Positions 20,732 through 30,920 are shown, counted from the stretch's first letter. The stretch is DNA of 64,000 bases from Spirochaetota bacterium (GCA_965224715.1 OZ245054.1:160354-224353), one strand, 5' to 3'. Numbers and translations: made by a program. Notes: generated by a model from the letters alone, not told the origin.

Positions 20732-21319
20732 TTATCTTCTATGTAACTCATCTTTTTCAATAGCACCGCTTTTATCACGATCAAAATATTCAAAACTGTC
20801 TTTAATGCGATTCATATAAAATTCCTCTGGACTCAACTGACCATCTTCATTTTCATCCAGTCGGATAAAGTTATTTTTAGAGCGTTCTTGAATTTCTCTC
20901 TCACCTGTTAATTTTTTATAATTTAACTCAGCATACTTTTGAGCCTTACTTTGATTATGAGAAACAAATTCTTTACTACTCAAAGAACCGCTATCATCGT
21001 TATCATAATCATCAAATATCCTCTTACCCAAGGTTTCGGCCTCTTTACGAGTGATTATACCGTCTTCGTTTTCATCTAGGCTGTCAAATCTAAAGAAACC
21101 AAAGCCATATCCTCCTCTCCTACCATAATCTCGATAATTATCATCATCTCGATAATCATATCTATATCCATTTCCCCTACCATAATCTCGATGGTCCCAA
21201 CCATCCCCATAATGGCCATAACCTCGTGACCAAACTGATGAAGTCAACATAGACAAAGCCAATAATAAAAATAAAGAAAAGAAAAAAGTTATACTAAATT
21301 TTCTATATTTCATATTCAT
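20732..21319 (-). CDS. Exported EF-hand calcium-binding protein
   Basis: Signal peptide and four EF loops: DENEDGIITRKE, DNDDSGSLSSKE, DENEDGQLSPEE, DRDKSGAIEKDE. Confidence 0.88.
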   Translation of the reverse strand: MNMKYRKFSITFFFSLFLLLALSMLTSSVWSRGYGHYGDGWDHRDYGRGNGYRYDYRDDDNYRDYGRRGGYGFGFFRFDSLDENEDGIITRKEAETLGKRIFDDYDNDDSGSLSSKEFVSHNQSKAQKYAELNYKKLTGEREIQERSKNNFIRLDENEDGQLSPEEFYMNRIKDSFEYFDRDKSGAIEKDELHRR

Positions 21320-21683
21320 CTCCTTGCTTTGTTCAATAATATAACGTTAATAAGTCAATTTTCCGTCAACGAATCGTTCAATTTTAATTAAATGCCAAAT
21401 TATATATAATATATTATGTTTATGATATAGAAAAATATTTAAAAAAATAAATGAGAAAAAACTATTAAAGGAGTAAAGAATGCTGACATCAATCTCTGAA
21501 AGTGTTTTTCAACTTCTCATCTGCGATTCAGCAAAATCTAAAGAGTTATTCAAAGTTAGTGAAGATATTAAGAGTTCACTGGATTGATTTCTCGATATAC
21601 CACCATCATCATTCTTCAACCATTCGAGAAAGAAATGTAAGATAGCTCGTCATGCAAGGAAATCAATGACATATCAAAAAGTA

Positions 21684-23255
21684 TCAACGAAGGACTTGAG
21701 ATAAGAGATAATCCTTTAGCTTATCTAAATCATTGGGGAAGATTTCAAATTTTTCCTGGGGACTATCATTACCTGTTTTACCAACATTACGGGGATCAGG
21801 GGGAATTGGCACCTTAGCTTTTTTTAAAACATCGGTAAACTTTATAGGGTGCGCTGTAGCCATAACGATGTTATACATTTCCTTATAAGGACTTTGTTCT
21901 CTGAAACTGAGAGCTGCCCTAAGTCCAACTGCAGTATGTGGATCCACCACCACTTTATAGTCCTTATAACATTTAGAAATAGTTTCCACCGTTTCCTGGT
22001 TATTACAAGTAGCACTAAGAAAAAAATTTTTTGCTCTTCTCCAAATATAATTGTCCACTATTAATTTTTTTTTATCTTTAAATTTTTCCATCATTCGACT
22101 TACTGATTTCGCTGACTTCCCAATATTTTCTAAAAACAAGGTATTGATGATATGATGTTTTTGTTGAAAAGGACTTCCTAAAAGATAGATGAGTCTTTCT
22201 AAATTACTTGAAACCAAGATATCCATACTGGGAGAAAGTGAGGGTTTCATTTGAGTAATCCGATAATCGTTTTCAGAGAAAAAACGGTGAAGTATATCAT
22301 TCTCATTAACCGATACTAAAAATTTATCAATGGGAAGCCCCATACATTTAGCATAATAGGCTGACAAAACATTCCCAAAATTCCCAGTAGGCACAACAAC
22401 ACAACATTTTCGATTAAAATTACATCCCGCCTGAAAGAATGCGGAAAAATAATAGACGATTTGAGCGATAATTCGAGCCCAATTGATTGAATTGACTGCT
22501 GTAAGATTATAATCATTGGGAATGAATTCTCGACTATTGAAACAATCTTTCACCAACTGCTGACAATCATCAAAATTTCCCTCTATCGCTAAATTCCATA
22601 TGTTATCAGCCCCGCTAGTTGTCATCTGTTGTCTTTGAAAGGGAGTAACCTTATTATGAGGATGGAGAATTACAACCTTAATATCAGGATAATGGCGGAA
22701 AGCCTCAATAGTAGCAGATCCAGTATCCCCTGAAGTGGCACCAAGAATAAGAATTTTTCTTCTCTCAGTTTGGAGAAAATAATTCATAAGTCCTGCCAAA
22801 AGCTGGAGCGCAAAATCTTTAAAAGCTAGGGTAGGACCATGAAAGAGCTCCATGATGGCTAGGTTGTCATCAAGGATATGTAGTGGAGCAGGTACTGGAT
22901 GAATCTTACTTTTATTCTCATCATCTAGTGACTCGGCTACTGGATTCTCAGGAAATTTTTTTGGAGTTTGTGGCCTCTCATCTAATGAGGGTGGTAGATA
23001 CTTAGGAAACACCTTTATCGAATTATTCATGATCCTAGAAAATTCTCGGACATGAATGTTCTCAGCCACAAAAGGGTAGATAATATCTATTGCTAAACCA
23101 ACATAGGACTTATATTTTAGTTGAATAATCCCACTGGGTGAAAAAAAAGGAATTTGATTGGGAACATAAAGACCACCATCTGGAGCCAATCCGGTGAATA
23201 GAGCTTTTTTAAAATTAACCGCGGGAGCTTGACCTCGCGTAGAAATATATTGCAT
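21684..23255 (-). CDS. thrC: Threonine synthase
   Basis: YISTRG, GLAPDGGLYVP, ELFHGPTLAFKD, ATSGDTG, NSINWAR, VPTGNFGN. Confidence 0.96.
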   Translation of the reverse strand: MQYISTRGQAPAVNFKKALFTGLAPDGGLYVPNQIPFFSPSGIIQLKYKSYVGLAIDIIYPFVAENIHVREFSRIMNNSIKVFPKYLPPSLDERPQTPKKFPENPVAESLDDENKSKIHPVPAPLHILDDNLAIMELFHGPTLAFKDFALQLLAGLMNYFLQTERRKILILGATSGDTGSATIEAFRHYPDIKVVILHPHNKVTPFQRQQMTTSGADNIWNLAIEGNFDDCQQLVKDCFNSREFIPNDYNLTAVNSINWARIIAQIVYYFSAFFQAGCNFNRKCCVVVPTGNFGNVLSAYYAKCMGLPIDKFLVSVNENDILHRFFSENDYRITQMKPSLSPSMDILVSSNLERLIYLLGSPFQQKHHIINTLFLENIGKSAKSVSRMMEKFKDKKKLIVDNYIWRRAKNFFLSATCNNQETVETISKCYKDYKVVVDPHTAVGLRAALSFREQSPYKEMYNIVMATAHPIKFTDVLKKAKVPIPPDPRNVGKTGNDSPQEKFEIFPNDLDKLKDYLLSQVLR

Positions 23256-23265
23256 AGAAACTGAT

Positions 23266-23949
23266 TTAGGACTTTTCTATCTGTTTTTTCATAGCCTCTA
23301 ACCTTACTTTGACTTTACTATCTGAACCATGATCCAATTGTTGGAACTGCTTTTCCAAATTATCCCCCTTAGAAAAACTCTCCGCTAACTCCTTGGAAGC
23401 CTCAGCTTCATACATTTGTTTTTCCGCTTTGGTCTTCATTCGGGTAATGAGGTCACTACTGTCCTGTCTTTTCATAGTTGAACGGGCATCATAGATAGCT
23501 TTCCTTACTTCTGCAGTTTTGGACTGAGCAATGAGAATATCTTTGTTTCTTTTGAGTTCATTGACTTCATCCTGCATTTTTTGTAATTCCACTTTAAGAT
23601 TGTTGATGCTATCCCGTTGAAGATTCCAAGTAGGAGTCAAAGTGTCAATATGTGCTTGCTGCTCTTCGGAACGCTGAAGAGCTTGAATGGCTAACCCCTC
23701 ATTGTTCTGCTCCAAAGCATATTGAGCTCTCTCATCCCATTTAAGTTTTTCCTTTTCGGCTTTGGTCAACTGAGCCCGGGTCTGTCTCTCAGTAGCGATC
23801 ACCGATTGTACTTTTTCCATTGCTTCCCGGATAGTTTTTTCTTTATCCCGGAGTGCCTGTTCCAACATCATTTCCGGTTTTTCTAAATTATCAATAATAC
23901 GATTAGTATGGGCCTGGCCCAGTTTAAAAATTCTCGAAAAAATACTCAT
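23266..23949 (-). CDS. PspA/IM30 (ESCRT-III-like) family protein
   Basis: MSIFSRI amphipathic N-terminus, EKPEMMLEQ, long coiled coil, LEKQFQQL. Start placed at ATG 23949. Confidence 0.92.
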   Translation of the reverse strand: MSIFSRIFKLGQAHTNRIIDNLEKPEMMLEQALRDKEKTIREAMEKVQSVIATERQTRAQLTKAEKEKLKWDERAQYALEQNNEGLAIQALQRSEEQQAHIDTLTPTWNLQRDSINNLKVELQKMQDEVNELKRNKDILIAQSKTAEVRKAIYDARSTMKRQDSSDLITRMKTKAEKQMYEAEASKELAESFSKGDNLEKQFQQLDHGSDSKVKVRLEAMKKQIEKS

Positions 23950-23956
23950 AGTAACC

Positions 23957-24364
23957 TCACTTTTTGATATGCTGGGACAATAAATATTCCACCTTATGAT
24001 AGGCAATAGCTAAGGATTCGAATACTGAGAGAATCTCATTGTCATCTAAATTTTTAATTTCACGACTTTCAATCAATATAAGACGCTCTTCATCTCCACT
24101 ATGATCTACTCCTAAACTAACTGGAAGAATTTTGGTATTAAGAATGAGGAGATCTTGATAAAATTTTTTCGAGTCCAATCCCTGGGTACTACCTAGGTCC
24201 ACCTCAAAGAAAAGTATCTCTCCTTCCTTTTTCAAATAAACTTCCAGTTGGTCACGAGTTACCTGCCAAAGATCTTCTTGAACTGGGGATATTATATAAT
24301 CCTGGCCTTCCAAAAATTCTCTAAGAGGCAATTGAGTTCGACATTTAATGTTGATTCCTTTCAT
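23957..24364 (-). CDS. CesT/YjfI-like chaperone-fold protein
   Basis: 135-aa acidic protein with LLILNTKILPVSLG and NLDDNEI, directly upstream of the PspA gene as in yjfI-yjfJ. Confidence 0.6.
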   Translation of the reverse strand: MKGINIKCRTQLPLREFLEGQDYIISPVQEDLWQVTRDQLEVYLKKEGEILFFEVDLGSTQGLDSKKFYQDLLILNTKILPVSLGVDHSGDEERLILIESREIKNLDDNEILSVFESLAIAYHKVEYLLSQHIKK

Positions 24365-24436
24365 GTTGATTCCTTTTTGTAACCTATTCTACCGAATTGA
24401 TTCTTATTCAAATAAAAACTCATATATAAAAATATA

Positions 24437-25168
24437 TTATAAATCATAGGCATCGTCAAGCCCTGTTTCCCTTTTAAATTGCCTTTCCACTTTTTGATCG
24501 AAAATGTCTTGATCGCGACCTTTCTTTTTTTGTTTCTCTTCTTCCCATAGCTTTAAAGCTAACTCTTCTCCCTGACAGATAATATCTTCAATCACTCTCT
24601 CCCCTGGAATATAGCCTTCTGAACTCTCATAACCTAGATCTTTAATGGTAATAGCTTGATCAACGATACTCTTAACTTCTTCCATAATCTTACCGGAACC
24701 CAAGTCAAACTGCCATCCTGAAGTACTATCTATATCTTTCCATCTTCCTTCATTCAAGAAACTCATGAATACCATCTCTTCTCGGTCCAATTGATGGTAT
24801 TCACAGACTGCTAAGCGAACATCCTGAAAGCGAGACTGTTTAAGATAATCTCCCCAAGATTCATCATCGGAAAAGTCATAGTAACGAGCAAAAGCGAACT
24901 CTCCAGCTATCAGATCTACAGCCGAAAATACTTCCAAACGAGGTATCCTTTCATAGTATTTCTTAATCCAAGCTTCATATTCTTCCCGACCTTTTCGAGT
25001 TACTTGATAAATGGAACCAGTGATCTGTATCCAATCCTGGGCCGCCAAATCATTGAGTATTGATTCTAAGTAACGGTCATTTCCCTCTAGAAAAGTATTA
25101 TAGGTGATCCCTTCTTCAATCATCCGATTGAGAAGAATATATCCTACCTTATTCGACTGACCAACCAT
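24437..25168 (-). CDS. Hypothetical protein, possible N-terminal winged helix
   Basis: 243-aa operonic ORF. YQVTRKGRE resembles a wHTH wing. Confidence 0.6.
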   Translation of the reverse strand: MVGQSNKVGYILLNRMIEEGITYNTFLEGNDRYLESILNDLAAQDWIQITGSIYQVTRKGREEYEAWIKKYYERIPRLEVFSAVDLIAGEFAFARYYDFSDDESWGDYLKQSRFQDVRLAVCEYHQLDREEMVFMSFLNEGRWKDIDSTSGWQFDLGSGKIMEEVKSIVDQAITIKDLGYESSEGYIPGERVIEDIICQGEELALKLWEEEKQKKKGRDQDIFDQKVERQFKRETGLDDAYDL

Positions 25169-25171
25169 TTC

Positions 25172-26098
25172 CTAAAAACTAGATTTAATAATAAGAGCAA
25201 TCACGATTAAACTTACACCTTCGATAAGGGCAACCCCCCAATTGCGATCTTCGGAGATCTCTCGATTGAGATCAGCCTGACGAAACAGTACGTAATTCAA
25301 AATCCATCGAGTAAGAAGGAGGAGAGCAACTCCATTGATGAACCAAAACAGGAGTACCCAAAGATTACCAGTTGCCATTAAAGGATAAGAAAGGATCATC
25401 CCCATAGCAACAAGAGAAAAGCCAAAACTAATCCCAGGAGCTGGGTTGTCGTTTTCTAAGGTATGATGAAAATCATAGGGAAGGAGACGAGTATAGATTC
25501 TAGAAAAGACAACAAGAGAAAGTTGTAAAATAATGTAATAAAAAACTATCAACCCGGTTTCTAGAAAGATACTTCCTTCATCTCCTTCTTTATTTCCGTA
25601 AGCAATAATAACTGAAATTATGAAGGAGGAAGCAATGTAACTTCCCGCAATAGAAGCTCCAGCTCCAACATTACGATCCTCAACGATTTCCTTGATATTT
25701 TTAAATTTCGGAAGAAGAAAACGATCGTTGATCACTCCAGCGAAAAAAAGAAGTATAGTGCCGAGAAGAAACCAATAAATCACATCAATCACTGGAAATA
25801 CATACTCTATCCAGTATTCTTCATAAGAAACTATTAGATTTCCCCAGCCTTGATGGGTAGGGGATGAAATGATATGATAGAGAATAATTCCCACTGCCAT
25901 AAAATATCCGGCTACGGTGACTGCTATTGCAGGATTATCCTCTTCTACAAGATGGTGATCAATCTTGAGCTTTCGATGTCCCCAGGAAACACATACTTTG
26001 CTCCCCCAGAGGAGAATAAGACACAACCCCATAAGAGCCAGGGACTCCCAAGCCAAAAGCCAACGAATTTCTTTAAAGTTAAATAAATAATCAATCAT
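25172..26098 (-). CDS. DUF350 (YjfL-like) multi-pass membrane protein
   Basis: Four repeats of a DN/RN-hydrophobic unit (HLVEEDNPAIAV, EIVEDRNVGAGA, TLENDNPAPGI, EISEDRNWGVAL). Confidence 0.85.
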   Translation of the reverse strand: MIDYLFNFKEIRWLLAWESLALMGLCLILLWGSKVCVSWGHRKLKIDHHLVEEDNPAIAVTVAGYFMAVGIILYHIISSPTHQGWGNLIVSYEEYWIEYVFPVIDVIYWFLLGTILLFFAGVINDRFLLPKFKNIKEIVEDRNVGAGASIAGSYIASSFIISVIIAYGNKEGDEGSIFLETGLIVFYYIILQLSLVVFSRIYTRLLPYDFHHTLENDNPAPGISFGFSLVAMGMILSYPLMATGNLWVLLFWFINGVALLLLTRWILNYVLFRQADLNREISEDRNWGVALIEGVSLIVIALIIKSSF

Positions 26099-26127
26099 AG
26101 TTTTCTCTTAACAAATTTTATATAAAG

Positions 26128-27048
26128 TCAGCGTCGGAATCCCCTGAACCCCCGGAACCCTCTAAAACCACGAAGTCCACTCAATGATCTTCTTGAAGTT
26201 ATTCCTCGTAATCCTCGACCCCTCCCAAAACCGGATCCCAATCCAAAGGATCTTCCGGTATTTCTTCGCCCAAAAACTCCCGAGGAGTTCCGACCAAATC
26301 CCCCACTTCCGACCTGTTCCTTTCTTTGAAAACCTCCAAACCCTTTCTGAAATCCCCGTGAATTTCTCAACCCTTGACGGACTCCCTGGCCGGTATAAGG
26401 GCTATTCATAGTGGGAGCTGTAGATGCTGAACTGGAGAAACTATTTCGGAAACGGGAAGCCCGACGGGTAAAATCACCGGATGACGACGCAGAAAAGGGG
26501 GAATAATAAGAAGGATAACGGGAATAGCCATAAGGAGAAGTATAAACTGAAGGAGAATTAAGAAGATAGCCCATAAGGAAAAAAGACGTTATCGGAAAGA
26601 TCCCACTATAACCACGACTCGAACCGTATAGTCTTTCATTACCATAGGCAGAAACCTTAACCTCATTACCTTGGGGAATGACCTCAACTGTAGCTACTTC
26701 TTGAACCTCTCCCGTCTTTGTCTCTACGGTCAAAGAAAAACCGTATTTACCACTGTTACGATCTCCAAATTCAGAAACCCGTACAAAGTCCACATTGCCA
26801 TCCCTATCAAGGTCTAAATTATTTATCCCCTCAGGAGAATTGATTCTAGCCTCCAGGTCAGCAGCATCAATAGCTTCCTTCACTACCGCGGGAAGACTCT
26901 GGATATCCAAACCTTCCCCTTCTTTGATTACGATGATTTGATCTGTTCTAGCTACAGAAGGAGGAACCTCAGGACGAAAAACATGGGTAAACATCCACAT
27001 AAATAGGGAAATTCCTATCATGACAGTTAAGAGAGGATTATAATTCAT
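26128..27048 (-). CDS. Exported/membrane protein with DxDxDG loop and Gly/Arg/Phe-rich tail
   Basis: N-terminal hydrophobic helix, INNLDLDRDGNVDFVRV, a Y/S/P-rich segment, and C-terminus RGFRGFRGFRGFRR. Confidence 0.75.
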   Translation of the reverse strand: MNYNPLLTVMIGISLFMWMFTHVFRPEVPPSVARTDQIIVIKEGEGLDIQSLPAVVKEAIDAADLEARINSPEGINNLDLDRDGNVDFVRVSEFGDRNSGKYGFSLTVETKTGEVQEVATVEVIPQGNEVKVSAYGNERLYGSSRGYSGIFPITSFFLMGYLLNSPSVYTSPYGYSRYPSYYSPFSASSSGDFTRRASRFRNSFSSSASTAPTMNSPYTGQGVRQGLRNSRGFQKGFGGFQRKEQVGSGGFGRNSSGVFGRRNTGRSFGLGSGFGRGRGLRGITSRRSLSGLRGFRGFRGFRGFRR

Positions 27049-27254
27049 ATCAAACTGAGTATCTTTTTAATTGTAACATAGAATTTTCTTTATTTTCTTA
27101 ATTGTTTAAATTTTAAATATTCCTTCTTTATTCGAAATTTTAATTGTTCAAGCTATATTTACAAAAAAATATTCATTTCAAATTATCTCTTTGAAGTCAG
27201 AGTAGCTATATAATAATACGATTTTTATTTATGAGAATATGATACACTTAAATC

Positions 27255-28571
27255 ATGGAGAATTTCTCTCAAAAACCATCATCCTTGCCACCATTAGCGG
27301 AACAACTTCGCCCCCAAGAACTTGACGAGGTAATCGGACAAGATCACCTTATCGGAGACAATCGCCCTCTTACCCTTTTTATGAAACAAGAAAAACTTCC
27401 TTCTCTTATTTTTTGGGGTAATCCCGGCACCGGAAAAACCACCTTAGCCCAAATCCTAGCTCAAAAAAGCAGGAAGAAAATTCTTCTTTATTCAGCAGTT
27501 ACTCTAAGTGTCTCTGATCTCAAGAAAATTTTCGCTCAAACCAAAACAGAAAATAATGGAAACGTAATAAAAAATTCACTATGTATTTTCATTGATGAAA
27601 TCCACCGATTTAACAAAGCTCAGCAAGATATTCTTCTCCATCCCTTGGAATCAGGACTTATTACCTTAATCGGAGCTACTACCGAAAACCCTAGCTTCTC
27701 TCTCAACTCCGCCCTTCTCTCCCGGGTCCAAGTATTTACCTTGAATCGAATCGGAGAAGAAGGTCTCCTTCAACTCTGGGATCGAGGAAAAAAATGTTTA
27801 AACAAAGACTTCCCTTCAGAATTGAAAAAGATAGTAGTCTCTTGGGCTGATGGGGATGCCCGCCGTCTTTATAATCTAATGGAAATCCTTAACAATATCC
27901 CCAACCTCAACAGTTTAGCACCTGAAGATATAGAGACCCTCTTGGCCCAGAAAATATCCCTCTATGATCGTGATGGAGAAGAACATTACAATCTTATCAG
28001 CGCTCTCCATAAGTCCCTACGGGGATCAGATGTCAATGCTTCCCTTTACTGGTTGTCACGGATGTTAAATGGTGGAGAGGATCCTCGTTATATCGCCCGT
28101 CGCCTTCTTAGGATGGCCTATGAGGACGTTGGTCTTGCTGACCTCCACGCCCCCCAAGTAGCTCTTAATGCTTGGGAAACTTATGAACGTCTCGGTTCTC
28201 CGGAAGGTGAAATCGCTCTCGCTAAAACGGTGATCTATTTAGCCTTAGCTCCCAAGTCCAATCGGGTCTATACTGCATTCTCCCAAGCTCAGAAAACCGC
28301 CAAAGAACTCCCTTTAGAACCACCTCCACTGATTATTAGAAACCCAGTTACTAAGCTTATGAAGTCCTTAGGCTATGGCCAAGGCTACCGTTATGATCAC
28401 GATGAGGCAGATAATTTTTCTGGACAGAATTATTTCCCTGATAAAATAAAGAGAAAGGAATTCTATGTAGTTGATGAAACAAAAGTCTTCGGTTTTGAAC
28501 GTGAAATTAAAAAACGGTTACACTATTTTAGTCAGTTGAGAAAAGAAAAATCTAAACCTCCGAACAAATAA
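27255..28571 (+). CDS. rarA: Replication-associated recombination protein A (MgsA)
   Basis: [54 protein letters not shown]. Confidence 0.96.
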   Translation: MENFSQKPSSLPPLAEQLRPQELDEVIGQDHLIGDNRPLTLFMKQEKLPSLIFWGNPGTGKTTLAQILAQKSRKKILLYSAVTLSVSDLKKIFAQTKTENNGNVIKNSLCIFIDEIHRFNKAQQDILLHPLESGLITLIGATTENPSFSLNSALLSRVQVFTLNRIGEEGLLQLWDRGKKCLNKDFPSELKKIVVSWADGDARRLYNLMEILNNIPNLNSLAPEDIETLLAQKISLYDRDGEEHYNLISALHKSLRGSDVNASLYWLSRMLNGGEDPRYIARRLLRMAYEDVGLADLHAPQVALNAWETYERLGSPEGEIALAKTVIYLALAPKSNRVYTAFSQAQKTAKELPLEPPPLIIRNPVTKLMKSLGYGQGYRYDHDEADNFSGQNYFPDKIKRKEFYVVDETKVFGFEREIKKRLHYFSQLRKEKSKPPNK

Positions 28572-28626
28572 AAATAAGAAGAAAAAATAAGCAACTAATC
28601 TTTTTTATTCCTCTTTTTGAAAAAGA
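28443..28626 (+). repeat. 184-bp direct repeat, left copy (3' end of rarA)
   Basis: Matches 31028-31211 with two mismatches (28492 G vs 31077 A, 28531 G vs 31116 A). Confidence 0.95.
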
Positions 28627-28907
28627 TATGAATAATACTGCAACTAAACGAGCTGGAAAATTGAGTGATTGTCACTGGAAAAATAACTACAGTAAGAGAG
28701 TTTATAAGGATGGTATTTGAATATGCTGGGATAAAGTTAGAGTTTAAAAGTGAAGGTGTTAATGAAAAAGTTTTTGTAATATCTTACTCAAACCTTGAAT
28801 ATCAAGTTAAAATTAATAAAGAAGTAGTTGTAGCAGGTCTTAAATATTTTAGACCTACAGAGGTTGATCTGCTTTTAGGGAATCCAACAAAAGTGGAAAA
28901 AAAGTAA
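28627..28907 (+). pseudogene. gmd: GDP-mannose 4,6-dehydratase C-terminal fragment
   Basis: (*)IILQ...EN(*)VIVTGKITTVREF...YFRPTEVDLLLGNPTK matches the Gmd C-terminus. In-frame TGA stops occur where Trp is expected, and the N-terminus is absent. Confidence 0.85.
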
Positions 28908-28908
28908 A

Positions 28909-30396
28909 ATGATAAAAAAACAAAAATTGATGAGGCTATTGGACATCTTTTATATAGATGATTTAAAGCAAGAGGTTTATGAGGTGGAAACCTTACAAGC
29001 AAAAAAATTACTAGTTAGTAGAAGGTTTGATATAGGATTCAAGCTTTTTTATCTCGAAATGAAAAGTAAAAATGTTAAACTTGCCAAAGAAATTTATAAA
29101 GAGCATATTAGAGCCTTTAGCTTAGGTAAGTTTGAAGAACCAGGTAATAAGAGTAAAAATAGTATAGAGAAATATTACAGTGAGTTTGATGAAATTTTTG
29201 AAGATATTAAAACAAATGATTTTGATGCCAGTAAGAGTTTGATTCCTCTATATAACGGTTCAATAGCAAATGGTGCACATAGAGTAGCTAGTGCGATATA
29301 TTTGGATAAAGATGTTAAGTGTATTAATATCGGTGTAAAGGATTCCATATATGATTATAAGTTTTTTTACAACCTCGATGTATCGAGTCAAATATTAGAA
29401 TCAATAACTAATACGTTTATAGAATATGCAGATAATGTTTATGTCGCTTTTATATGGCCAACAGCTAAAGGTCATAAAGAAGAGATAGAAAAGATTATAC
29501 CAAATATCGTGTATAGAAAAGAGTTACAACTTAATCCAAACGGCGCACATAATTTACTTTCCCAAATATACTACGGTGAAGAATGGCTTGGAAGTGTAGA
29601 AAATAATTTTAGTGGTGTAAGGGGTAAATTGGTAGAGTGTTTTAAAAGTTTTGATCCAGTTCAGATAATAGCTTTCCAAACTGATAAACTTGATGAAACC
29701 TTGGAAATAAAAAAGAAGATACGCACTCTTTTTAATATAGGTAAGAACTCTATACATATCACTGATACAAAAGAGGAGGCCTTAAGGGTATCGAGATTAG
29801 TTTTTAATGACAATAGCATTCATTTTTTAAACTATGCAAAACCAAATAGATACCTAAAGACCCACAAAAAATTAACTCAGTTTCAAAACTATCTTCAAAA
29901 GAATGATGTGATGGTTGATGATACTGTTTTAGATAGTGGGATAGTTCTTGCAGTATATGGGTTGAGAAATGTAAACGATATTGACTGCTTTATAGATGAT
30001 AATGAAAAACTTCAATATTACGACGATGATATAGAAACTCATGATGATACATTAAAGTATCATGATAATGAAAAAGCAGAGTTGATCTATAACCCTAAAA
30101 ACTATTTTTATTTTAACGATTTAAAGTTTGTATCGTTTAATCAACTTTACAAAATGAAAAAAAATAGAGATGAGCAAAAAGATAATAATGATTGTAAAAT
30201 GATGGAAGCTTTGATTAAAAATGATCTGTTTAAAAAACTAGTAAATAGATTCAAACAAAAACTTTATTACTGGCAGATAAAACTTTATTACTGGTGGATA
30301 ACACGCTTATGGATTTTCTTTGAACTTTTAAAAAAGTTCGGACTTTATAATTTTGTTCGAACAATCTATCGATTTTTTTTAAAGGAAAGAAGATGA
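28909..30396 (+). CDS. Hypothetical protein of capsule/LPS-locus type
   Basis: Intact 495-aa ORF between gmd and GT2 remnants, with motifs NGAHR, SIHITD and GLRNVNDID. Confidence 0.7.
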   Translation: MIKKQKLMRLLDIFYIDDLKQEVYEVETLQAKKLLVSRRFDIGFKLFYLEMKSKNVKLAKEIYKEHIRAFSLGKFEEPGNKSKNSIEKYYSEFDEIFEDIKTNDFDASKSLIPLYNGSIANGAHRVASAIYLDKDVKCINIGVKDSIYDYKFFYNLDVSSQILESITNTFIEYADNVYVAFIWPTAKGHKEEIEKIIPNIVYRKELQLNPNGAHNLLSQIYYGEEWLGSVENNFSGVRGKLVECFKSFDPVQIIAFQTDKLDETLEIKKKIRTLFNIGKNSIHITDTKEEALRVSRLVFNDNSIHFLNYAKPNRYLKTHKKLTQFQNYLQKNDVMVDDTVLDSGIVLAVYGLRNVNDIDCFIDDNEKLQYYDDDIETHDDTLKYHDNEKAELIYNPKNYFYFNDLKFVSFNQLYKMKKNRDEQKDNNDCKMMEALIKNDLFKKLVNRFKQKLYYWQIKLYYWWITRLWIFFELLKKFGLYNFVRTIYRFFLKERR

Positions 30397-30920
30397 ATTA
30401 TATTCCTATAATCTCAGTAGTGATGCCAGTTTCTAATACTCAAAAGTATCTTAGTAAAGCGATAGAAAGTATATTAAAGCAGACATACAAGAATTTTGAA
30501 TTTATTATTATCGATGATGAATCCGATGATAAGGGCTTAATTGAGTATATGATTTAAATGAGAGGGTTAAAAAGTCTAATAGAAAATATATAGCAAAAAT
30601 GGATGCTGATGATAGTTAGTATATCTGATCGATTCGAAAAACAAGTGGCACTTATGGAAAGTAAAAAAACAAAAATATATGTGGCAGACATTATTTTATA
30701 ATGAATAAAGAGATGAACTGCACTGATAGTTTCATAGCACCACTTGATTTGCACTCTTTTATAATCTATTTAAGTAATAGTGTCTCATTTGATCATCCCT
30801 CAGTGAGGGATACGAAAAGAGCTTCTTGGAATATAAACAATTTCTTAGCAATAGTGGCTATAAAGATGAAAAAGATTATGCTTTATGGATAAGATATGTG
30901 GGATAATGGCGCGACTTAAA
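30393..30920 (+). pseudogene. Glycosyltransferase family 2 pseudogene
   Basis: ISVVMPVSN..YLSKAIESILKQTYKNFEFIIIDD, then frameshifted KYIAKMDADD, RFEKQV and FDHPSV pieces. End coordinate is approximate. Confidence 0.85.

Noticed and set aside
24348-24376. 14-bp direct repeat duplicating the RBS/start region of the CesT-like gene
   Set aside because: Real but most likely a local slippage duplication with no evident function.
28627-28665. TGA at two Trp positions of gmd suggesting genetic code 4
   Set aside because: TGA terminates many intact genes here and Trp is TGG elsewhere. Neighbouring codons show the same G-to-A decay, so this is a pseudogene.
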